Positions 56,021 to 64,000 of a DNA stretch of 64,000 nt are shown here, piece after piece. The notes under the pieces were generated by a model. The model was not told where the DNA came from. It saw only the letters and a list, made by a program, of their open reading frames with translations, and did not search any database. The stretch lies in the NCBI GenBank assembly GCA_037135035.1, contig JBAXLB010000002.1, positions 71,680 through 135,679 of the forward strand, given 5' to 3'. Source of the DNA: Candidatus Adlerbacteria bacterium. Its GTDB lineage: Bacteria; Patescibacteriota; Minisyncoccia; Phycocordibacterales; SBAW01. The position numbers and the translations under genes were made by a program. Numbering within the stretch: the first letter of the stretch is position 1; every line of letters starts with the position of its first letter.

Positions 56021-57967
56021 ATGGCGGCCGAAAAAAAAGACTCCATCGACGGCCTTAAGACCGCGCTCTATTCAAGGAAAGACGCGCCTACTGTGGACAC
56101 GGCAGAACGTACACCTTTGACGTTTAGTGACGTCCATACAGCCTCTCATTGGACTGAACCTGTTGAAACTCCCACCCACGCACCTGCCCAAACATACACA
56201 TTGACCCCACGTATAAAAAAACCAGGCATGTCGTTTACGACAAAATTCTTCATCGGCTCGGTTGTATTTTTTTGTGTTGCCGCCGCCGCTGCTGCATACA
56301 TGTTGTTTGTCGGCGGAGGGAGTATTTCGCCGCAAAATATTGACCTGCAAGTAGTGATGCCGTCGGTTGTTGACGGTGGTAAGGCAACGACACTACAAGT
56401 ACTCATTAACAATCGCAACCAAGCAAACCTAAAACTAGTCGACCTTATTATTAACTACCCCGTAGGTACACGTGACCCTCTCGCACCTTCGCAAGGACTG
56501 ACACACGACAGGGTGTCTATTGGTTCCATAGCTGCGGGTCAGCAATTAACCCGCACTGCGCAAGCAATTTTTTACGGCCAGGAAGGGACGCCGCAGGACG
56601 TAACTATAAGCCTCCAGTACAATATCGAAGGGTCTAATGCCGTGTTTGAAAAAGAGGCTTCCACGCATTTTACGGTGGGCTCGTCGCCGATTTCTATTAA
56701 CGTGTCGGCGCCAAGCGAGGCAATTGCCGGCCAGCAATTTGCTATGGACCTAACGGTGCAGAGCAATGCACTTACTCCGGTTAGTGATGTGGTAATCCAG
56801 GCACAGTACCCATTTGGATTTACACTTGCAAAAGCGGCTCCTGCTCCGGTCGCCGGGGGAACGGTGTGGCGGTTGGGGACTATGTCGCCGGGAGTGTCTA
56901 AAACGATACACATTGTGGGGACTATAGACGGCCAAGACGGCGACGCCCGAGTTTTTTACTTTTTAGGTGGCTCCGATTCTGACCAAACCGACACGCAGAT
57001 AAAAGTTCCGTTCCTCTCGGTGCCGCAAACCCTTACGGTGCGGCGCGCATTTATCAGCGCAGACATTGCGGTTAACGGCAAAACAAATAAAACTATTGCG
57101 GTTACACCAGGAGGCTTAATGCAAGGAATTATCACCTGGACAAACAATTTACCCGACTCTGTTTCCAATGTTGAGGCAACACTGTCGTTGTCGGGGCCAA
57201 TGCTCGACACAGGTTCGGTCCTTTCCCAAAACGGTTTTTATCAGTCGGCTAATTCCACTATTACGTGGTCAAAAGACCAAGAGGCTGCATTGGCGTCGGT
57301 GCCGCCCGGAGGCACTGGTACATTGACGTTTACTTTTACCACCCTCCCAACGGCAACCGGAGGCACCCTCTATTCGAACCCGACCATCGACCTCGCACTT
57401 AAAATAAAAGGAGTGAGGCAGGGCCAAGACAACGTGCCGCAAACGGTGTCTTCTGCGGCAACAACTCAGCTGCTTGTGTCGTCTATAGTTGCCCTCACTG
57501 CCAAAGCGCTGCATTTTAGCGGCTCGCTGCAAAATGTGGGGCCTATGCCGCCAGTTGCCGACCAACGCACGTCGTACACTGTCGCCTGGACGGTCACGAA
57601 TTCTTCAAATACTATTGCAAACGGAGTTGTCTCGGCAACGCTGCCGCCGTACGTTACGTTTATCGCGGCACCTGCAGGGAGTGGTGTTACCTACGACGGG
57701 CCAAGCCGTACGGTGACGTGGGCTCTTGGTGACATTAAAGCGGGGGCGGGGTATTCTGCACCTACTCGCACCGTACAGTTCCAAGTAGGGCTTTCTGCCA
57801 GCTTGTCTCAAGTAGGGCAGTCCCCAGCACTAACAAGCGGAGCGACCCTTTCGGGCCAAGACCGGTTTGCGCAGATTGGTGTGCAAGTAACTGCCGAGGC
57901 GCCGACCACTGCGCTGCAAGAAGCTGGGTTTAGCGAAGGGATGGGGGTGGTCGCTCCAAAACAATAA
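56021..57967 (+). CDS. Membrane-anchored surface protein with tandem beta-sandwich (DUF11/Ig-like) repeats
   Basis: Cytoplasmic N-terminus, single TM (FIGSVVFFCVAAAAAAYMLFV), long beta-rich ectodomain. Confidence 0.5.
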   Translation: MAAEKKDSIDGLKTALYSRKDAPTVDTAERTPLTFSDVHTASHWTEPVETPTHAPAQTYTLTPRIKKPGMSFTTKFFIGSVVFFCVAAAAAAYMLFVGGGSISPQNIDLQVVMPSVVDGGKATTLQVLINNRNQANLKLVDLIINYPVGTRDPLAPSQGLTHDRVSIGSIAAGQQLTRTAQAIFYGQEGTPQDVTISLQYNIEGSNAVFEKEASTHFTVGSSPISINVSAPSEAIAGQQFAMDLTVQSNALTPVSDVVIQAQYPFGFTLAKAAPAPVAGGTVWRLGTMSPGVSKTIHIVGTIDGQDGDARVFYFLGGSDSDQTDTQIKVPFLSVPQTLTVRRAFISADIAVNGKTNKTIAVTPGGLMQGIITWTNNLPDSVSNVEATLSLSGPMLDTGSVLSQNGFYQSANSTITWSKDQEAALASVPPGGTGTLTFTFTTLPTATGGTLYSNPTIDLALKIKGVRQGQDNVPQTVSSAATTQLLVSSIVALTAKALHFSGSLQNVGPMPPVADQRTSYTVAWTVTNSSNTIANGVVSATLPPYVTFIAAPAGSGVTYDGPSRTVTWALGDIKAGAGYSAPTRTVQFQVGLSASLSQVGQSPALTSGATLSGQDRFAQIGVQVTAEAPTTALQEAGFSEGMGVVAPKQ

Positions 57968-57972
57968 TTTTT

Positions 57973-59355
57973 ATGTCAGACAAAGAACAAAACCTAATGG
58001 AAAAAATAGTTTCGCTGTGCAAGCGGCGGAGCTTTGTTTTTCCTGCGAGCGAAATCTACGGAGGCCTCGCTGGTTTTTGGGACTACGGAGCGTTCGGTGT
58101 AGAGCTTGCCAACAATCTAAAACAGCTGTGGTGGAAAAAAGTTGTGCAGGAACAAGACAACATCTTTGGTATCGACGGTGCAATTATTCAGAACCCGAAA
58201 CTCTGGGAGGCGAGCGGACATGTTGCTGGGTTCACTGACCCGTTGGTTGACTGTAAAAATTGTGGTTCGCGTTTGCGTGCCGACCATTTAGCGGATACTG
58301 ACTCGTCGGATATTGCGGAATTGACAGAACTTTTGAAAGACACGCCGTGCCCGGTGTGTGGTAAAAAAGCACTCACGGCTCCGCGGAAATACAACATGAT
58401 GATGAAAACCTGGGTTGGGCCCGTGGAAGACGACTCGGCTATTGCGTACTTGCGGCCGGAAACTGCAGGTTCTATCTTTGTAAATTACAAAAATATTTTT
58501 GACACGACGTCTGCAAAAGTGCCGTTTGGTATCGCACAAATAGGTAAAGCATTTCGAAATGAAATAAGCCCACGCGACTTTATTTTCCGTGTGCGCGAGC
58601 TTGAACAGATGGAGATGCAGTATTTTATCAAGCCAGACATGCAGCAGGAAGTGTACGAACACTGGAGAAAGTTTGCGTGGGAATTTTTAACCGAGACACT
58701 CGACATCAGTGAAAGTAATTTACAGTGGCATGAACATGCAGAAAATGAACGTGCACACTACGCGGCAGCTGCACATGATATTTATTTTAAATTCCCACAA
58801 GGTTTTAAAGAGCTGTGGGGCACGCACAACAGGACAGACTTTGACTTGAAAGCGCACGCGGCACACAGCGGGCAAGACCTTTCGTATTTTGAAGAAAGCA
58901 CCGGGGAGCGTTTTACTCCGTACGTTATAGAATCTTCGGTCGGTGTGGGGCGTATGTTTTTGGCAGTCCTTACAGATGCCTATACTGAAGATGAGCTTGG
59001 GGGAGAGACACGTGTGTACCTGAAACTTAAACCATCAGTTGCGCCTGTTAAAGCGGCCGTGTTTCCACTGCTTAAAAACAAGCCGGAGTTGGTAGAAAAA
59101 GCACGCGAAATTTACCTTGCACTTAAAAAGCAGGTGCCGCAAATTGTCTGGGACGACAACGGCAATATCGGTAAACGTTATCGCCGCCAGGACGAAATTG
59201 GTACCCCGTGGTGCATTACTGTCGACTTTGACACATTGGGAGAAAAACCAGAACTTAAAGACACTGTTACCTTGCGCCACCGCGACACGGGCGAGCAAGA
59301 GCGTATTGCTATTGCAGACGTAGCCGATTTTATAAAAACACGCATCGCCGCGTAA
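57973..59355 (+). CDS. glyQS: Glycyl-tRNA synthetase, alpha2 dimeric type
   Basis: FVFPASEIYGGLAGFWDYGAFG class II motif 1 region; eukaryote/archaeal-like single-chain GlyRS. Confidence 0.85.
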   Translation: MSDKEQNLMEKIVSLCKRRSFVFPASEIYGGLAGFWDYGAFGVELANNLKQLWWKKVVQEQDNIFGIDGAIIQNPKLWEASGHVAGFTDPLVDCKNCGSRLRADHLADTDSSDIAELTELLKDTPCPVCGKKALTAPRKYNMMMKTWVGPVEDDSAIAYLRPETAGSIFVNYKNIFDTTSAKVPFGIAQIGKAFRNEISPRDFIFRVRELEQMEMQYFIKPDMQQEVYEHWRKFAWEFLTETLDISESNLQWHEHAENERAHYAAAAHDIYFKFPQGFKELWGTHNRTDFDLKAHAAHSGQDLSYFEESTGERFTPYVIESSVGVGRMFLAVLTDAYTEDELGGETRVYLKLKPSVAPVKAAVFPLLKNKPELVEKAREIYLALKKQVPQIVWDDNGNIGKRYRRQDEIGTPWCITVDFDTLGEKPELKDTVTLRHRDTGEQERIAIADVADFIKTRIAA

Positions 59356-59385
59356 GTTAAAAACGAACTGTGCTATATTGGGCAC

Positions 59386-60462
59386 ATGACAGAGCGTGAT
59401 ATCAACGTCCATATCACATCGGGCAGCATTGTAAAAACGTTGCTATTTTTAGCGCTTGTTGCGGTGCTATGGTTTTTACGTGACATCGTACTTATTGTGC
59501 TCACTGCCGTGGTTATTGCTTCGGCGATAGAGCCGGGCGTGCACGGCCTGATGAAGCGTAAATTTCCGCGTTTGCTTTCGGTACTTACTATTTACCTGGT
59601 GGTGATAGGAACGTTTTTTGGCATACTCTTTTTCTTTATACCGCCTATTTTGAGTGACGCAGCAAACTTTCTTACCCAACTTCCAGCAACACTTTCTAAC
59701 CTAAATATTTCAGACGCGACCCACGGGCTCCTTCCCTGGGGGAATGTCAGCGACACGCTTTCCTCGGCAAATGTGTTGCAGAACCTTTCTACCTCGCTCC
59801 AAGATTCAACGGGAGGCGCGTTTAGTGCACTCTCGGCGTTCTTTGGCGGTGTGACGTCATTTATTTTAATAGTCGTGTTTTCATTTTATTTTTCTGTACA
59901 AGAAACGGGCGTCGACGACTTTTTGCGCGTTATCACCCCAATTAAAGAGCAGGCCTACGTTTTAAACCTGTGGCGCCGTTCGCAAGACAAAATAGGGAAG
60001 TGGATGCAGGGGCAGTTGGTGCTCGCGGTTATTGTGGGTGTACTTTTGTACCTGGGACTTTTGATCTTGGGCGTGCAGCACGCGCTACTGCTTGCCATGC
60101 TTGCCGCTGTGTTTGAACTTATTCCGGTATTCGGCCAAATTTTGGCGATGATCCCTGCAATTGCAATTGGGTTTACCACCGGCGGCGTAACCGAAGCGCT
60201 GCTTATTGCTGGCCTCTACACAATTGTCCAGCAGTTTGAAGCCCATTTGATTTACCCTGTGGTTGTAAAAAAGGTGGTGGGTGTGCCGCCGTTGCTGGTT
60301 ATCCTTTCGTTGCTTATTGGGTTTAAGCTTGTTGGCTTTTTGGGTGTGTTGCTTTCGGTCCCTATTGCCGGTGCTATACAGGAATACGTTGCCGACATCG
60401 ACCGCGAAAAAAAGCGCGCACTTGCCAAGCAGGGCCTTGCAGATGACGGCAGAGCCAAGTAA
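59386..60462 (+). CDS. AI-2E (PerM/UPF0118) family transporter
   Basis: 8 TM, conserved core around LVLAVIVGVLLYLGLLILG... Confidence 0.65.
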   Translation: MTERDINVHITSGSIVKTLLFLALVAVLWFLRDIVLIVLTAVVIASAIEPGVHGLMKRKFPRLLSVLTIYLVVIGTFFGILFFFIPPILSDAANFLTQLPATLSNLNISDATHGLLPWGNVSDTLSSANVLQNLSTSLQDSTGGAFSALSAFFGGVTSFILIVVFSFYFSVQETGVDDFLRVITPIKEQAYVLNLWRRSQDKIGKWMQGQLVLAVIVGVLLYLGLLILGVQHALLLAMLAAVFELIPVFGQILAMIPAIAIGFTTGGVTEALLIAGLYTIVQQFEAHLIYPVVVKKVVGVPPLLVILSLLIGFKLVGFLGVLLSVPIAGAIQEYVADIDREKKRALAKQGLADDGRAK

Positions 60463-60471
60463 GTTTGATAC

Positions 60472-61914
60472 ATGCAAGAGCCAAAACGCTTTTATATAAC
60501 GACCCCCATTTTTTATCCAAATGCAAAATTGCACTTGGGCCACGCCTATACAACAACACTTTCTGACATTCTTGCCCGGTATCATCGCCTTATAGGGGAC
60601 AAAACTTACTTTCTGACCGGTTCAGACGAAAACACGCAAAAGATGGTCGACTCGGCAGTAAAAGAGGGGAAAGAGCCGCTGATATTTTTGGATGGTATTG
60701 TTGAAAATTTCGCCTCCCTCTATAAAGGTCTTGATATTTCGTATGACCAATTTATCCGCACCACCGACCAGAAAAAGCATTGGCCGGGTGCCCAAGCGCT
60801 ATGGCAAAAACTTGTTGCTGCAGGGGACATATATAAAAAAGAATACGAAGGCCTATATTGCGTTGGGCACGAAGCATTTATCACTGAAAAAGACTTGGTT
60901 GACGGTAAATGCCCCGACCACGGCACGGTGCCGGAGCTAATTAAAGAAGAAAACTATTTCTTCCGTCTTTCAAAATATGCGCCGCAGATAGAAGAGAAAA
61001 TAAAAAGTGATGAGTTCCGTATTGTGCCCGAAAGTCGCAAACATGAAATCCTTTCATTTATAAAAAACGAAGGACTTGAAGATGTAAGTTTTTCGCGACC
61101 GCGCAAAGCCGCTTGGCCTGCAGGTTTGGGTATCCCTGTGCCCGGCGACGACTCCCAGGTAATGTACGTGTGGTGTGACGCACTTTCAAACTACATTACG
61201 GCACTTGGTTACGGGCAGGACGAAATGCTGTACAAAGAATTTTGGCCTGCAAACGTGCATGTTATAGGCAAAGATATTTTGCGTTTCCATGCGGCAATTT
61301 GGCCGGGGATGCTTCTATCGGCAGGGATTCCACTACCTAAGGCTCTCTTGGTACATGGGTTTATCACCTCGGGCGGAAAAAAAATGTCCAAAACACTCGG
61401 CAATATTATAGACCCCGAAGAGCTCATAGAAGAATATGGCAGCGAAGCCGTGCGGTACTTTTTGGCGCGCCATATAACACCGTTTGAAGACGGCGACATA
61501 ACCAGAGAGAGCTTTAAAGAAATCTACAATGCGAACTTGGCAAACGGGCTGGGTAACTTGGTTGCCCGTGTGATGAAGCTTGCAGAGGTCCACCTCCATG
61601 GAGACATACAAATCACCCAGCCAGTGTATTCAAACGAATATTTGGAAGCGTTTGAAAAATTTGATATCAACAAAGCCATTGACCACATATTTAAACGAAT
61701 AGGAGTGTTGGATCAGAGGATAACAAAAGAAGAGCCTTTTAAGTTGGTTAAAACAGACCCTGCGGCCGGTACAAAACTTATTCTCGAATTGCTTCTCGAA
61801 TTACGTGTCGTCGCAATTTTGCTCATTCCTTTTTTGCCAGAGACAAGTAAAAAAATCATAGAAGCAGTTGATGCCCGTAAAAAACCAGAAAACCTGTTCG
61901 CCCGCAAAGATTAA
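60472..61914 (+). CDS. metG: Methionyl-tRNA synthetase (core only, no C-terminal tRNA-binding domain)
   Basis: HLGHAYTT (HIGH), KMSKTLGN (KMSKS), 480 aa. Confidence 0.9.
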   Translation: MQEPKRFYITTPIFYPNAKLHLGHAYTTTLSDILARYHRLIGDKTYFLTGSDENTQKMVDSAVKEGKEPLIFLDGIVENFASLYKGLDISYDQFIRTTDQKKHWPGAQALWQKLVAAGDIYKKEYEGLYCVGHEAFITEKDLVDGKCPDHGTVPELIKEENYFFRLSKYAPQIEEKIKSDEFRIVPESRKHEILSFIKNEGLEDVSFSRPRKAAWPAGLGIPVPGDDSQVMYVWCDALSNYITALGYGQDEMLYKEFWPANVHVIGKDILRFHAAIWPGMLLSAGIPLPKALLVHGFITSGGKKMSKTLGNIIDPEELIEEYGSEAVRYFLARHITPFEDGDITRESFKEIYNANLANGLGNLVARVMKLAEVHLHGDIQITQPVYSNEYLEAFEKFDINKAIDHIFKRIGVLDQRITKEEPFKLVKTDPAAGTKLILELLLELRVVAILLIPFLPETSKKIIEAVDARKKPENLFARKD

Positions 61915-61916
61915 CC

Positions 61917-62765
61917 GTGAGGTATTTTGACGCACATACGCACGTGCAGTTTGTGGCATATGATGCCGACAGAGACGAGGTGTTTGCACGTGCCCGCGAG
62001 GCCGAAGTAGGGATGAACTTGGTTGGCACACAACTAGACACTTCGCGTGCCGCAGTTATGTGTGCAGAAAAAGAAATGGGTGACGTCTACGCAAGCGTGG
62101 CGCTCCACCCGGTGCATACAGCAAAGTCGTACCATGATACGCAAGAGTTGGGAGGAGAGGGGAAAGCTTTTACTTCCCGCGGAGAGATTTTTGACTTTGC
62201 CGCGTACGAAGAGCTGGGGAAGTCAAACAGAGTGATTGCGATAGGGGAATGTGGGTTGGACTATTACCGGCTAGAAGAGGACACGAAAAAGTTGCAACAA
62301 GAAGTATTTGTGCAGCATATCGAACTTGCAAACAAACTGGGTAAGCCGTTAATGCTGCACATTCGTGATGGGGCACACCAAAGTGGGAGCGATGCAGGTG
62401 CATACAAAGATGCGCTTGAGCTTTTAAAAACACATGCCAAAGTGCAGGGTGACGTCCACTTTTTTGCGGGGAACTGGGATATTGCACGGCAATTTTTAAA
62501 TTTAGGTTTTACACTTTCATTTACTGGCGTGTTGACGTTTACCCACGACTACGACGAAGTCGTACGCAACGCGCCCGTAGACATGTTACTGACAGAAACC
62601 GACGCGCCCTACATAACGCCTGTCCCATACCGCGGCCAACGCAACGAACCCGTGCATGTGCGGGAAGTGGTGCGGGCAATGGCGGGCATAAAAAATATTT
62701 CTGAAGAAGCCATGACAGCCCAAATAATCCTTAATTCTAGGCGCGTTTTTGCTATTGACAAATAG
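61917..62765 (+). CDS. tatD: TatD-family metal-dependent hydrolase
   Basis: MRYFDAHTHVQF..., GECGLDY, conserved metG-tatD adjacency. Confidence 0.85.
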   Translation: MRYFDAHTHVQFVAYDADRDEVFARAREAEVGMNLVGTQLDTSRAAVMCAEKEMGDVYASVALHPVHTAKSYHDTQELGGEGKAFTSRGEIFDFAAYEELGKSNRVIAIGECGLDYYRLEEDTKKLQQEVFVQHIELANKLGKPLMLHIRDGAHQSGSDAGAYKDALELLKTHAKVQGDVHFFAGNWDIARQFLNLGFTLSFTGVLTFTHDYDEVVRNAPVDMLLTETDAPYITPVPYRGQRNEPVHVREVVRAMAGIKNISEEAMTAQIILNSRRVFAIDK

Positions 62766-62854
62766 CACTGTTTGGTGCTATAATAGTAGAGGTAGTATCA
62801 ACGGTTTAAGGGGCTATTTCGGCCCTACTCGTTGCAACATGTGGAGATATAGAA

Positions 62855-63388
62855 GTGACGAACATCATCGAACGGGGCATCAGCCTCATCGGTCGCATGC
62901 GGAAGAATCTCGAGGGCAAGTCCCTTTGGCTGGTCTTCGCGACCATCGCCTTTCTGGCAGTGGTCGACGTGTCGCCGGCCTTCGCCATCGACTGCCGTCC
63001 CCACGGGGAGCACAAGGTGACCTTTCTGTCGCTGAAGAGCGACGTCTTCGGCTGGGAGGATATCGACGCCCCGCTGCGGGTTACCATGGAGGTGTGTCGG
63101 GTCAATAAAGCGGGCGAGCGAATCCAGCTCGACGAGTTCGCGATGCCCGACATTCTCGGCGTCGAAGAGACCTACACCGACCGGAACCAGGTCGATGCGG
63201 ACCTCAAGCTCGTCATGCAGTCGGTGAAGGCTGACAAAAAATTCGGCCCCGAACGTCTGAAGGCCATGGTCGAGAAGATCAAGGCCATTCAGGACCCGAA
63301 GACCGCCGACGCCAAGCCGGCGCCGTGCCCGCCGGGCCAGGAGAAGGCCTACGTCGGCACCGGCGACGAGAAGTGCGTCGCCAAGTAA
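62855..63388 (+). CDS. GC-rich secreted hypothetical protein (likely horizontally acquired)
   Basis: GTG start, signal peptide ...[13 protein letters not shown], strong G/C third-position bias unlike neighbours, own extended -10 promoter and perfect 17-bp terminator. Confidence 0.55.
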   Translation: MTNIIERGISLIGRMRKNLEGKSLWLVFATIAFLAVVDVSPAFAIDCRPHGEHKVTFLSLKSDVFGWEDIDAPLRVTMEVCRVNKAGERIQLDEFAMPDILGVEETYTDRNQVDADLKLVMQSVKADKKFGPERLKAMVEKIKAIQDPKTADAKPAPCPPGQEKAYVGTGDEKCVAK

Positions 63389-63393
63389 CAACG

Positions 63394-63446
63394 CCCCGAG
63401 CGTTGGAAGATACCCCGAGTATCTCCAACGCTCGGGGTATCTTTTT
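63394..63446 (+). terminator. Intrinsic terminator with perfect 17-bp stem
   Basis: ccccgagcgttggagat accccgagt atctccaacgctcgggg tatcttttt. Confidence 0.75.
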
Positions 63447-63485
63447 GTCCAAAAATCACAAAAAACTCGAATTTGTTATACTACT

Positions 63486-64000
63486 ATGATGCCTACATTT
63501 CTACGTAACCCCAAAGTTGCCGCTATGTGCGGGGCCATGTTAGCCATGCTGCTTTCGGCCCTCGACCAAACTATTGTCTCTACCGCCTTGCCGCGCATCG
63601 TGGCCGACCTGCAGGGTATGGAGCATTTGTCGTGGGTCTTTACGGCCTACATGCTGGCCTCGACCGTTACTGTGCCGCTGTACGGAAAACTGTCTGACAT
63701 TTACGGCCGTCGTATTTTCTACATCTTTGGCATTATTATCTTCCTCATTGGCTCCGTACTTTCGGGTATGGCGACGTCGATGTTTGCTTTGATAGCGTTC
63801 CGCGCAATACAGGGTATTGGCGGCGGGGCAATTATGGTTAACTCGTTTGCCATTGTCGGAGACCTTTTTCCACCGTCTGAGCGTGGTAAATGGATGGGTT
63901 TGCTCGGCGGCATGTTTGGTATCGCCTCTGTTGCAGGGCCGCTGCTCGGTGGGTGGATAACCGACTCGTACAGCTGGCGCTGGATCTTTTATATCAACAT
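63486..64000 (+). CDS. MFS transporter (DHA2/EmrB-like), 3' end beyond window
   Basis: [42 protein letters not shown]...[11 protein letters not shown]...[12 protein letters not shown] signatures. Confidence 0.7.
   Translation, partial: MMPTFLRNPKVAAMCGAMLAMLLSALDQTIVSTALPRIVADLQGMEHLSWVFTAYMLASTVTVPLYGKLSDIYGRRIFYIFGIIIFLIGSVLSGMATSMFALIAFRAIQGIGGGAIMVNSFAIVGDLFPPSERGKWMGLLGGMFGIASVAGPLLGGWITDSYSWRWIFYIN

Noticed and set aside
62825-63391. 188-aa minus-strand ORF
   Set aside because: Antisense shadow of the GC-rich secreted-protein gene; high-GC DNA gives long spurious reverse frames
1-64000. CRISPR array, rRNA genes, tmRNA/SRP/RNase P RNA
   Set aside because: No spacer-separated direct repeats and no matches to the conserved cores of these RNAs were seen by eye; the structured spacers noted (5173-5491, 18885-19178) did not fit them

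Overview
This is a 64-kb window from a small-genome bacterium whose gene content and organisation resemble Candidate Phyla Radiation (Patescibacteria) lineages; that lineage call is inference from content only. Most of the window is densely packed housekeeping operons. A recombination cluster contains ruvB, yebC and ruvC, with ruvA located separately. It also contains a PilB-type type IV pilus ATPase, a translationally coupled tsaE-polA-holA-like block, and six aminoacyl-tRNA synthetases (TyrRS, ArgRS, IleRS, GlyRS, MetRS-tatD) plus SHMT. A secE-nusG-rplK block is present that is not followed by rplA, and rpsT and rplS are also present. A folate/thymidylate block (folB, folA, dcd, thyA) lies in a low-GC segment. 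A thiol-disulfide oxidoreductase cluster comprises ccdA, a TlpA-like protein and DsbA. Nine tRNA genes are present: Lys-TTT, Arg-GCG, Arg-CCG, Arg-TCT, Ser-TGA, Val-TAC, Leu-GAG and His-GTG. No rRNA and no CRISPR array were seen. Four things stand out most. First, the IleRS gene carries an in-frame complete histidine-phosphatase (PGAM-like) domain inserted between the WGxPxP motif and the DxxDxWFxSG motif. Second, a family of homologous 60-90-nt structured repeats (GC hairpin, then a covarying AT-rich hairpin, then a GTGACC box) sits in the 3' trailers of several tRNA genes and of rplK. Third, a free-standing low-GC LAGLIDADG homing endonuclease gene ends 1 nt before tRNA-Leu. Fourth, a large FtsK/HerA/VirB4-class P-loop ATPase has a roughly 500-aa N-terminal half I cannot assign, and it is followed by micro-ORFs and a tRNA-Arg-adjacent islet of unknown small genes. 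Other notable points are inverted and direct copies of the tRNA-His 3' end just downstream of tRNA-His, a frameshifted SIMPL-domain gene, a GC-rich foreign secreted-protein cassette, and a split DipZ-like redox module next to an orphan response regulator and cysteine-rich exported proteins.
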